NCBI RefSeq assembly: GCF_001194135.2
Contig: NC_068993.1
Location: 64,435,819 to 64,499,818 of the forward strand
DNA length: 64,000 nucleotides
Direction: 5' to 3'
Origin: Octopus bimaculoides
Taxonomy: Eukaryota
The notes under the pieces were generated by a model. That model made no database searches. It worked only from the letters and a program-made list of their open reading frames with translations, and had not been told where the DNA came from. Numbering within the stretch: position 1 is the first letter of the stretch; every line of letters starts with the position of its first letter. A program made the position numbers and the translations under genes. Shown here piece by piece: positions 52,886 through 64,000 of the stretch.

Positions 52886-54902
52886 CTTGTTATATATTTT
52901 GAAATTTATTCAAACGGAAAAATATTTCCATGAATATAAAATATGTTGTTATCGTTATTCCAATTCTTAACGAGTCAAAACCGAAATAGTTGAATAATCC
53001 AAATTTCTTATCGAAACCGTGCTAGTAGCTTCTCAGTTTGACAAATTTTAAAGAAACAAACATTTCAATTCAGTATCTGTAGCCTTCATTCTATTGCGCT
53101 GGTTTTAGAATGGTAAGAAATTCAATTGAAAATTCCCTCTCAAATATGGCATATTAAGTGCATGTGATCTTTGACTTGAAAACATTGGTCTTCATTTTTC
53201 TGTTCTACCAAGCAATACATTTATGTGGATGAAGAAGTCCAATTTACTGCGGTGAAAGCAAAGATAAATTGTTTATGTATCATTAACGATTGTTTTTTTA
53301 TTATTAGCTTGCTGTTATAAGTTCCAATCTTATTGTGAATCTACTGTTATGACAACTTAACCTCAAAAGTGTCCTGAAGGAGCAAACCATCCAACGACAG
53401 TATTGTCGCCGTAACTATTCCGTATTTTCTGCCGCGATTTTAGGACCGTCGTATCTAATATTCCCTTCGTTTTCCTATAAAAGACTGTATTGTGTGACTC
53501 GAGGAGTTATTGTTTTTACTTCTAGCCGGTCTAGTAATAACGTTGCCTCCTTGTGTGGTTCGATGAGACTGTTACAGGCAACGGTGAATCTCGATGCAAA
53601 ATCCTTCTAAACTCAATAAGACCGACACTTTCAAAATATGTATCTGTAGAAAATATAGCAACAGCAAAAATATTTATCTAAAGAAAGAGCTATTTTATAG
53701 GATCGTATCAACTGGCAAATTTGGTCGCCATCATTATCCCTTTTGCAAAAGTATTAGCGGCCATTAGGAAATGGAAATGGCTTTAAATGGGAATTGGAAA
53801 AACAACACAAAAAAAGAGAAAGAAAGAAAAAAAGACAACAAACTCCTACTTTGGCGAGGGCTTTCTTTTTGTTCAACGACGCTTTACAATAAAACTTACA
53901 AATATTTCCGCTTTGCTTAAGATATTTCGATTTTTCTTCTTTTATTATTTTCCTAAAAACATAGAAAAATAAATATGTTATTGATTAAGATTCTAATTTC
54001 GTTTCGCCTTCAACTTTTTGTCACGGACCATTTTACTTTGCTTCTGTTCAACGAAGGCAATCTGTTGATGTTTTGAGTCAGGTCAAAACCGTCGATAGGG
54101 TTCACCATTCTTGAATGCCGACAGTTTCTATTTCCATTGTTTTCCAGTCTTTTAAATTTCAATTTTAATCAGCGTAGATCAACCAAAATTGTACAGGCAG
54201 TAATTCTTTTGCTCAAATTCTCACACTACACTCTTCACATCAAGGAAACACACGTTGGACAATTATTAATAACATAAGGTCAGTATTATTACCATAATTA
54301 CTACCACCTGATGATGATAGCAAGTAGAATTGATAAAGCATTGAACTAAAAGTTCCGCTGTCGTTTTGAGTTCGAAATCAGCCGGTGCTGACTTTGATTT
54401 TTTATCATTCTAGTGACCATCAAATAAATACAGAGTCAGTTTTTACTACCGATCGTATGTATCTGTTTGTTGACTCTAGAACCAAACCAGCAATCATTTT
54501 ATTTATTTGATCGGAAGAAGATCATATAAATGAGCTGAGTCTGAGATCAGAAGCCATGCGATATTGAATTACGACTCATTTCGTGCTGAGTTAAAATTTT
54601 TCTGAAGTTGACTGGACCTGCCATCACTCCTCACTCAATATATAAAGTCCCTGTCAATGCAAGGTCGATCAGTATTCGGACCATATCTCGAGTCTACAGA
54701 TAACACATGTCTATGCGCAGCTGCCTAAAGTATCTCAGGTCGAGAATGGTATACATGAAAGCCTGGACATAGTTGGGGTTAATATTGGTCTGAAATTTGT
54801 CCCATCAAGATTGATATGCGACTAAACAACAACAGCAAATGTGCCATGAGTTTCTTCCTACCCCTTACCGTCACCTGTTTTGAAATCTTCTGCAGACCGA
54901 CA

Positions 54903-55100
54903 TTACTGGGCAGGTCTTGGGCATTCGCTTGCGATAAGGGAAATGGTTCCGGCCACTCTATTACAAATGTGGCCCAGTGGAGACACTTACTCATTCCTAA
55001 GGTTGGCTTTCCAATTCATGATCAAAGCTTGGTTTGTGCTGCCAGTATGGCGCTCTCAGTGTCTTTATTCAGTGTTTCTTTTATTCAGCCAATCCCACCT
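54903..55100 (-). mobile_element. REL-type non-LTR retrotransposon fragment (R4/Dong/NeSL-like, post-RT region)
   Basis: With frameshifts: RWDWLNKR..KDTESAILAAQ.NQALIMNWKANLRNE*VSPLGHICNRVAGTISLIASECPRPAQ, matching the W.WL..G.LK.ETE..I.AAQ.QAL..VSP.CR.C...ET..HI.S.CP.LAQ signature. Confidence 0.8.
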
Positions 55101-55165
55101 GTGTTTTCCAGCAACCTCAGTTGTGGCTACATGAAATTGAGTGTGTATTATTGTTGTTATTGTTG

Positions 55166-55220
<55 letters not shown>

Positions 55221-55979
55221 GTTCTCTTCATCATTCTGAGTACGATGAAAACGTATCGGCTCATATACTCCGTAAGGGTATGATCTTAGAATGTAAAGAG
55301 ACGGAACAAATGTCGAAAGGCATTTTAACAGACGCCCTAGCGATTCCGCTAATCCACTGCGTCTGTTCCTGTGAAAATGTCACAAACGCCTGAACAACAC
55401 ACACATTTTATCTCTTTTTTTTTTTACCTTTCTTGGATGACAAGACCAAGCAAGTGGTTTCTATTAATGTTTATTCAAGAGAACTGTTGAACCTCTACGT
55501 TGTCGCTAAACCATTAGAAATAGCAACTAAATATATCGCAAATCATACGCTAATGTCTTAGAAAGAAAAGGCATTATACATTTGTGCACTGAGGGAAAAA
55601 GACAGAATGGTCAGAAGTAAAATGCTTTGGCTCATAGGTTTATCTTATAAATAACCTCAACTAGTGGTTATTTTCAACTAAACTCGTCTACGCTTATCAA
55701 GCTAATGTAAACGATTCTTTCATATTGAGTTGCTGAATAAGTTCCAGACGCTGTATGTTATCGATTCTGCCGAGGACTGGTGCTAATGGAGGAAATAGTC
55801 AAGATTTTTTTTTAATATATATTTTAACTATTTGTTGTCATTGAACCGCAGCCATGCCAGGTCATCACCTTTAACGATTTTTAGTCGATCATATCGATCG
55901 CAATACTTATTTCTGTCACATATTTCAGTGACCACTATTAACTGTTTTTTATAGAAACAACTCGACGGCTGTTTTACAT

Positions 55980-56038
<59 letters not shown>

Positions 56039-57244
56039 CTACACATACACACACAAATACTAACTCATTTAACTGCCCCCATATAAATATGTATTTGTAT
56101 ATAAATAGATGGATGGATGGATGCAGACAGACAGGCAGACAGAATCGGACCAGGATTCACATGGCTGCGAAGAAATTTCTGAGGCAGCCACCTGTACATT
56201 ATACGTGAGTCTATGAAGACATGATAAATAAAAACATGATACATGTTGGACAGTGAAAAAGGAGGGTATTTAGACAGACAGACAGACAGATGATGGATGG
56301 ATAGATAGATAGATAGATGATGGATGGATGGACAGACAGACAGACAGATAGATAGATATGAGAAAATAGAAAGAGAGTAACAGGTATGAAGGTAAAGGAA
56401 ATTATCAACTCGCATCCCGATCTCGAGCCAACAGATTTCCTATATTTCAGCTTCACCGCATTAACATGTATTTACAACTTTACATAAAGATGTCCAAACA
56501 ATTGGCGTTGGCACTAATTCAATTGGTAATGTTGGATTTCGGGTAACTTGCGAATCAATATTTCCAGAATTTCCACTTGTTGGATATATTGAAGGAAAAG
56601 TGTTCATCTGTGAGATGGTGGGCGAATTTGGCTTTAAACTATTCTAGTCATTTTTCGTATACTTAAAATATCTCACTAAGATAAGAAAACAGCTTATGAA
56701 CTGAATACAACTCATTATATTACTGGTATCGTTTCGTATCCATGCCAACAAGTATTCTTGACTGAATTCAAATGACTTCGATTTCGAGCGTTTCATTTTC
56801 TTTTTCTCAATGACTCGGCCAGTGAGTAGATGCAGAAAGCTGATCTTAGCCGATCTTCCATATTTCTAAACGATTTGGTGATCAAGAAATGAATTGTATG
56901 AGAAATATTCACAAAAATATTAGCGACATCAGTGAAGTGAGTTGTACTCTGGTTTCGATTCACCTAACTTCCGGCACAAAGGATAAAATTAATAAGACCA
57001 AGTGACGCTTCTCTCTTTTTTGCTCTGCGAACCTCATTCTGTCCCGCAATATAAGAAAGACATAGCTGTACTGAGAGATTTGGTAGAGAGACAGAGAGAG
57101 AGAGAGCATTATGGATAGGCGGGAGAGAGGAAGAAATATTTATATTTTACAAATTTACTTTCGTATAAATGCGCGCACACGAGCACACATGCTCTCTCTC
57201 GCTCTCTCACGCGCGCGCACATATCATACACACTCACATGTTTT

Positions 57245-57425
57245 TTCCTATCTTGTATCTTGTACTTTTTCCAGTCATTGGACTGCGGCCATGCTGGAGA
57301 CCTGCTTGAAGGGCTTAGTCGATCGATCGACTCCAGCATTTATATTTATGTAAAGCCTAATACATGTTCTATCGATCTGTTGAACCGAACCGATAATGTA
57401 CGGGGACGTAAACAAACACCTGCTT
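57245..57425 (-). mobile_element. SINE family A, 3' portion
   Basis: CAGTCATTGGACTGCGGCCATGCTGGAG..TTAGTCGATCG..AAGCCTAATAC..GGGGACGTAAACAAACACC aligns to 400-545. A shorter similar piece lies at about 55830-55912. Confidence 0.8.
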
Positions 57426-59080
57426 TCAAGTTGTAGTGGGGTTCAAACAAAAAATTCACGACATGCAATATATGTGTGTATGTGTGTACGCATGAGTGTG
57501 TGTATATGCGTGTGTGTATGTGTGTACACATGTGTGCGTGCGTGTGTGTGTGTGTGTGTATTGTGATTTCTGTTGTTGGATATATTACACTAAGAATCGC
57601 CTGAAAAATCCTAGGAAGTATGAGAAGACTCTCTCTTGTTATTTGGGCCGCAAAAAAAAAAGCAAAGCTACAACGAACAAGATGAAGGCACCGAAAACAA
57701 AAAAATGCAATGTCGAACACATCAAACAACGAGTCAAATATCATTTATCTCCACTACAATAATAACAATAATAACAATAATAATAATAATAATAATAATA
57801 ATACAATACACTCTATTTCAGAGATTGCCAGCATCTTTCTTAGATTTTAGTTTGAGTTATTAGTTTTTATATTCCAACTTTTTATTGTTATACTATTGTT
57901 TTTATCATTATCATCATCATCATCATCATAGTCTTGTATTTTACTGTTGATTTCTCGTCTTATTTTTACGTTTTAAAACATTTATTGTTTTTATTTTTTA
58001 TCTTGTGCCACTTAGTTGGAATTGTAAAGAGTCGTAGAAAGAACTGTTATTGAGAGGCTTATAATACTGTCTCCTTTCAGAATATCTACCATTTTCTTTC
58101 AGATGTGTTGCTGACCATCTTCACACACACAAAAAAAAAGAAAGAAGTGTGAAATTTTGTATGTTTACACAATGGACGTCGTCGTCGTCTTCATCATCAT
58201 CATTATTATTATTGCTATTATTATCATTATTATTTCAACATCACCATCATCAACATTATTATGTTTTCTTTTTTTTATATTATAAATATTTTTTTTCTTA
58301 TATAAACTTACCTTAAAAACACAAATTCCTTTCAAAGATGAATATCTGAAGGTCTGAAAGAACTCATTAAAGTTGTCGTTGATATTTACAATATATATCG
58401 ATTATTCAATGTTTGTTATTGTTGTTACTCTTAATAGCAAAGTTAATACATGGTGTTGTTGTTGTTGTTGGTGGTGGTGTTGTTGTTGTTGGTGGTGGTG
58501 GTGGTGCTGATACTTATTTTCATCTGAAACATCAATTCTTTGCAACAGGAATATTTACATCATCAACTAAAATCTCGTCGATATTTCTACTCTATTGTCC
58601 AGAATTCATTCAATTATTTCTTTTTATTTATTTCTGTATTTTCGGCCTCGGCACTGTTTTTTTTTTCTTTTGTATTTGCTTCAGTCCGTTTGTTTCTTTA
58701 TCAGACACGAACACACTAGCTCTAGCTCTCTTTTTACATACATACATACATACATACATACGTATGGATGTAGATATCATATACATAGAACCGCATACAA
58801 AGTATAAACGAATACATACCTCAGTGAGTGGGAGAGAATGGTTGTCTTTCCCGCCACATCTTCAGACTTCTGACCATTTTTTGTCTTTTGATCTTTCTAT
58901 GTCCCACATTACATATCAAGATACACATACACAAACAGACGAGTATATTTAATCATGCACAAGTTTGTATGCGAACATATAATAGATATACATACAGACA
59001 TATATATTTATAAATATATATGTATACATACACGCGTGCGCATTCATACATGTAGATGTAAATATACCTAAGTATATATG

Positions 59081-59167
<87 letters not shown>

Positions 59168-59170
<3 letters not shown>

Positions 59171-59233
59171 CTCGATTATAAAGGTGCTGCTCCAGTATGG
59201 CCGCAGTCAAATGACTGAAACAAGTAAAAGAGT
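59168..59233 (+). mobile_element. SINE family A, isolated 3' tail
   Basis: AAAGGTGCTGCTCCAGTATGGCCGCAGTCAAATGACTGAAACAAGTAAAAGAGT. Confidence 0.85.
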
Positions 59234-59291
59234 ATATGTGTATGTTCATATATATATATATATGCATATATATGCACATATATATATATAT

Positions 59292-59498
59292 ATTCTTTTA
59301 TTCTTTCACTTATTTCAGTCATTTGACTGCAGTCATGCTGGAGCACCGTCTTTAGTTGAACAAATCGACCCAGTACTTATTCTTTGCTAGCCTAGTACTT
59401 ATTCAATCGGTCTCTTTTGCCGAACCGCTAAGTTACGGGGACGTAAACACACTAGCATCGGTTGCCAAGCGATGGTGGGGCGACAAACACACACACAA

Positions 59499-59544
<46 letters not shown>

Positions 59545-59687
59545 GACGGGCTTCTTTCAGTTTCCGTCTACCAAATCCACTCACAAGGCCTGGGTCGGCC
59601 CGAAGCTATAGTAGAATACACTTGCCCAAGGTGCATCGCAGTGGGACTGAACCCGGAACCCTATTGTTGGTAAGCCACTTCTGCGCC
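59292..59687 (-). mobile_element. SINE family A, near full-length
   Basis: Co-linear with 391-741 and includes the 5' end (rc GGCGCAGAAGTGGCT), with a small deletion in the tRNA head. Confidence 0.9.
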
Positions 59688-60139
59688 ATACAAAAATGGG
59701 ACAAGAACGCAAAACATCCAGACAGGTGAAACAAAAATGGGACAACAAAATACCCAGACAGACAATACAAGGAAAACATGGACGGATCATTCGGAGTTTT
59801 CTATCCTCAGTCGAGTTCCAGATTGTCTTTGCAGTGCTCACGCACACACACAAACATGGTAGAGTCATTAGTACGTGTATTGGATAAATTATTCTGTATC
59901 ATTCGCTCCAATCCTCCTTACTCTGAGTTCAAATCATACCACCGCCAATGCTGCTTTTCAGTCTCACTACACTAACCGTCCAACACTGGTTTTTGGTTCT
60001 TCTCTTTCTGTCTTTCTTTCTGTCTGAGATAGGCTGCGACAAGACGGGAGAAGATAATAGTCTCCGCCAAATGTAAAACTAACCGAGTCACATTATGAGT
60101 GATAACTGAGTTTCATAAGTGTCACATCGTGCTTCTCAG

Positions 60140-60145
60140 ACACGG
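60140..60145 (+). other. Candidate 6-nt microexon (ACACGG)
   Basis: CATCGTGCTTCTCAG|ACACGG|GTAAGT: consensus donor, frame-preserving length, and UGC just upstream of the 3' splice site. Confidence 0.25.
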
Positions 60146-60687
60146 GTAAGTTTTTGCAGGACCTGTGTAATTTATTTCATGTAATCATTTATATGTAATG
60201 TGGTTTGAAATGAAAAGTCCCTTGAACAATCGTAACCAATATGAAACGCATGCTATGTTGATATCTTCATCTTTCCAGCTCAAAGGAAGGAGACAAAATG
60301 AGAAACGAAGCAAGCGGTACGGACTCGGAGTACGTGTGAGAGACAGATTCTTTTTTAAAGATACTCTTCACTGTCGAGATTTTCGTGATTTGTGGAAAAC
60401 TTTTACTTCTTTTATAAAAAGCAAGAAATTTCTCATTTCTCTCTTATAAATTCCTTTCAAGAAATGTCATAAAAATAATAAAGACTGTCATTTATCTTTT
60501 ATGCCACATTGTGGCTGGAATCTCTTGAATTTTGCCAGGTGCTGTCATTCTATAAAGGCTGGTCGGTCATTTTGATGTATAAAATACTGAGTGGAATACA
60601 GAACTGGGTAATTCTCTTGTTTGTCTGTTTGAGCACATGTGTACATGTATCTCTCTGTCTATCTCCCACTTTCTCTCTCTCTCTCTC

Positions 60688-60718
<31 letters not shown>

Positions 60719-60728
60719 NNNNNNNNNN

Positions 60729-60764
<36 letters not shown>

Positions 60765-62941
60765 TTACCTTGGTGTATGTATCAGTCTGTGTGTCGCTCT
60801 CTCTTTCTTTATGTGTCTATTTTTATCTGCGTGTGAATGTGAGTGCGTGCGCGCGTATGTACATTGGCTTTGATTGCTCTTTTAGTGATTGTTTAGACGC
60901 GGGTTAGCTCTGATTCTACAGACTTATGATCAAAGTCATCCAGTCATGACCAACTTTTTTTTTATCTCTTCAGACTCTACGTCCAGAATTATATCATCCA
61001 AACTGTCTTTCCGGTTTGTTGTTGTTCTTGTGTTGTTGTTTTCTCTTTTCAGATAATGAGATGGCATTTGAGCTCGATTGATTAATAATTAAGCCACCAC
61101 TGAGAGGCTCCCTAGAAATTCAATTAAGGAACAATAAAGCATTGATGTTAATTATACTTAAGACTAGGAAATCTAGCTGTGCGTTGAGTCAAAATGAATC
61201 AATATCTCTGTGATTTAAATGGAAACTTTCAACCATGGTTGAATAGAAATAATCAGTCAGTGCTTCAAGGGAAGACTTTTTGGTACATGAATCAGTGGTG
61301 CATCAGAGTTCAAATTATCATACGAGAGCTTAGAGCATGATTCTATTGGGGAGCATATTCCTCAATTTAATTGGAGATCCTAGTGTATGTTTAATAGCAC
61401 ATTTGTCCATGTTATAATAGAAGACATTATTCCATGATTCAGTAGTAGGACATATTACTTCATGTTTGAATAGGCGACCCTAGTCCATGATGCATCCCTT
61501 GATTTTAGTAAACATCTAAATAGGACATCTTACATCAGGCTTGAATATAAGGAGTGATTCAATGAAATAGCACGGTCTATTATTTAGTAGATGTAGTCCC
61601 TAATTCAATGGTCAACATTAATAACTTATCTTTAAACAATGTCTGATTGAAATATTTAGTCCATAATACAATGGCAGACCATAGCCAACGGATCAGCAGG
61701 AAAATTTCGTTTCCGATCAGAAAAGTCGCAAGTTTCTTTGGTGGAATTTTTGCTGTCTTCTATGAAATAATTAACAAAGTTATCCTAATGAATCATAAAC
61801 TAAGGCCTGTTGATGTGGCAGAGTTCGGAAAAGATTGATGACCACGCTTTCACGGCCCGTATTCATATTGAAAACGGAGGTCCAGCGAGCTTTGTTCCTT
61901 TTGCTAAATGTATGTTTTCCATCCTCGCTGAGCTCGCCCTGGGACATTATTTAGTTGGTGACTTATTAAGAGACCTTTGTTTACGATTGATTGGGATAAC
62001 TTCGTCAGTTATGTCATTTGGAGACCTTAGCAAAAAGTTTCGACAAAGAAACTCGCGAATTTTTCGATAAGAAACTTTAATGTTTTAAGACTCTACTATC
62101 TTGAATAGAAGTGTTTCACGATTTACGAGGAACTAATTTAATAATGACGGTGGTATACTTGCTGTTGTTGATTATGATGTTGATAATGTTCACGTTGATG
62201 ATCTGATGATAGATTTGTTGATGTTGCTGCTGATGATAGTGAATTTGTTGCAGCTGCTGCTGCTGTTGATGATGATGATGATGGCATTTTATATACTGGA
62301 GTCTTTTTATTATTATTAATAATATTATTATTATTATCATCATTGCTGTTGTTGTTGTTGCCATCACTGTTCTTATAATAAATGTTTTCTTGTTCTTACA
62401 AGTCGCCATTTTGTTTCTCTGTTGAATATTTCTCAGTTTTTTTAGTCTTCTTTTGTTTCAGGTTATTTCGTACAGACAGTATTCAGGATTTGTAGATTTT
62501 ATTGATGTTAATATTTTCAAACTTGTGGGTTGACTAATTGAAACAAAGACACTTTCATTATCGTTTTGTACTTTTTAATTTTGTTTTCCCCACATATTGT
62601 TCACTGCATTTGCTAGCGTAACAAGTTGTTTGTTCATCACTAGACTTCGTATTTGTGTGTTTATCAATATTTCATTTTCATTGTATTCGTTTGTGTATAA
62701 TTTTTTTTATTATCTTTAATCTCCCTGTTGATACAGAGATTCATGTCTACATTAACCCAGCCACACGTTCCCACCTCTCCCACCTTTCTCCTTTTCTCTC
62801 TGCATATAATACATATATACATACACAAACATACATATGTGTGTGTATATTTGTGTGTATATATGTGTGTGTGCGTGTGTGTGTGTATATGTATACGTAT
62901 ATATGTATATATATGTATGTGTGTGTATGTATATGTATACG

Positions 62942-62985
<44 letters not shown>

Positions 62986-63508
62986 ACTCAGTAACAACAA
63001 CCCGACTTTACGCTATTTCCACTCGACTGGTTTTTCTCTGCCAGCTCTGTCTGTGTTCGGTCTGGCCTTGCACAGAGGCGACTCGAACTCTCGTCACCGT
63101 TCGGACCAGGAATTAATTTCCTCTTTCCACACCTCAGTACCTCACGGTGTACATTCATCGCCCTTTTCATTCATATCTCTCCTTTAAACATACACATATC
63201 ACCTCACCATTTCTACTGCACGCACACCTACTCTACGCCTTTGAACACATTTATTACTCAACACCACACACACACCAACACATTGAAACAGAATATATAC
63301 GTAAACTTACACACGCGTGCATTTCTCTTCCTACTTCACCCTCACTAGCACTGTCACGTCCATTCCAGCTCCTCTTCACACTTAACAACGACTACCTCTA
63401 TTGCAGCCAAAACACATAACATCCTTATACATGCGTGCGTATACACACATATACACATGCATAATCATACACAATATACAGGCACGTAATACCTTCATAT
63501 ACATACAC

Positions 63509-63561
<53 letters not shown>

Positions 63562-64000
63562 GTAAGCAGAGTCAGCGGTTATAGTAAGCGACTAAAGGAT
63601 AAAAATATCCATATTAACTATCGGTATCAGTTACCTGTGCTATCCCCGGGCATAGGTATACAGGCACACTATGCTCGTAGGGTACAGGTAACAACAGAGG
63701 AAACAAAAGTTTATCAGGGTTCATGTTTAAATAATCAGAAAATAGAGAAAACTTTTGATCAACAAGCAAATTGGACCACATCTGCAAATGACTTTTTTAA
63801 TACAAAACATGACATAACATTTCCGAGATTTAACAATTCTTACAGCCGTTTCCGCTTCCAATGCCAACCGGTGTTTACGAAAAAATTACAAAAATAATAC
63901 TCGTCATCTTCATAGCACATTCGATCAAGTACATGGAGCGTCATCAGAGTGAATACGAATACGTAAAACTATAATTCGGAGTGGCAGAAGAGAATAAGAA

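Noticed and set aside
56467-56647. 60-codon Met-less open frames on both strands
   Set aside because: No recognisable domain or consistent splice sites. There is only a faint resemblance to a PLE RT relic on the minus strand.

Overview
AT-rich animal genomic DNA from a gapped draft scaffold. It has 16 N-gaps, almost all flanked by (CA)n, (TA)n, (AG)n, (GATA)n or (AAT)n microsatellites. The tRNA-headed SINE families resemble those I know from octopus genomes, so I infer a coleoid cephalopod (Octopus-like) intronic or intergenic region; this is not verified. No protein-coding gene can be identified with confidence, and nearly all ORFs in the track are microsatellite or gap artefacts. What the sequence does support: several SINE families in many copies; decayed RTE and RTE-BovB-like RT fragments; two fragments of REL-type (R4/NeSL-like) non-LTR elements; a Penelope GIY-YIG fragment; a hAT/Charlie-type MITE with an 8-bp TSD; a mariner-like terminus; and at least five fold-back (hairpin) elements. 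The best leads are: (1) a dispersed repeat carrying a Penelope-type minimal hammerhead-like motif with an atypical core and a compensatory stem-I change between its two copies; (2) isolated 60-155 nt hairpins of pre-miRNA or ADAR-substrate type; (3) a few well-formed short exon and microexon signals with no assignable gene. I find no evidence strong enough to claim a new biological system; these are testable leads only.
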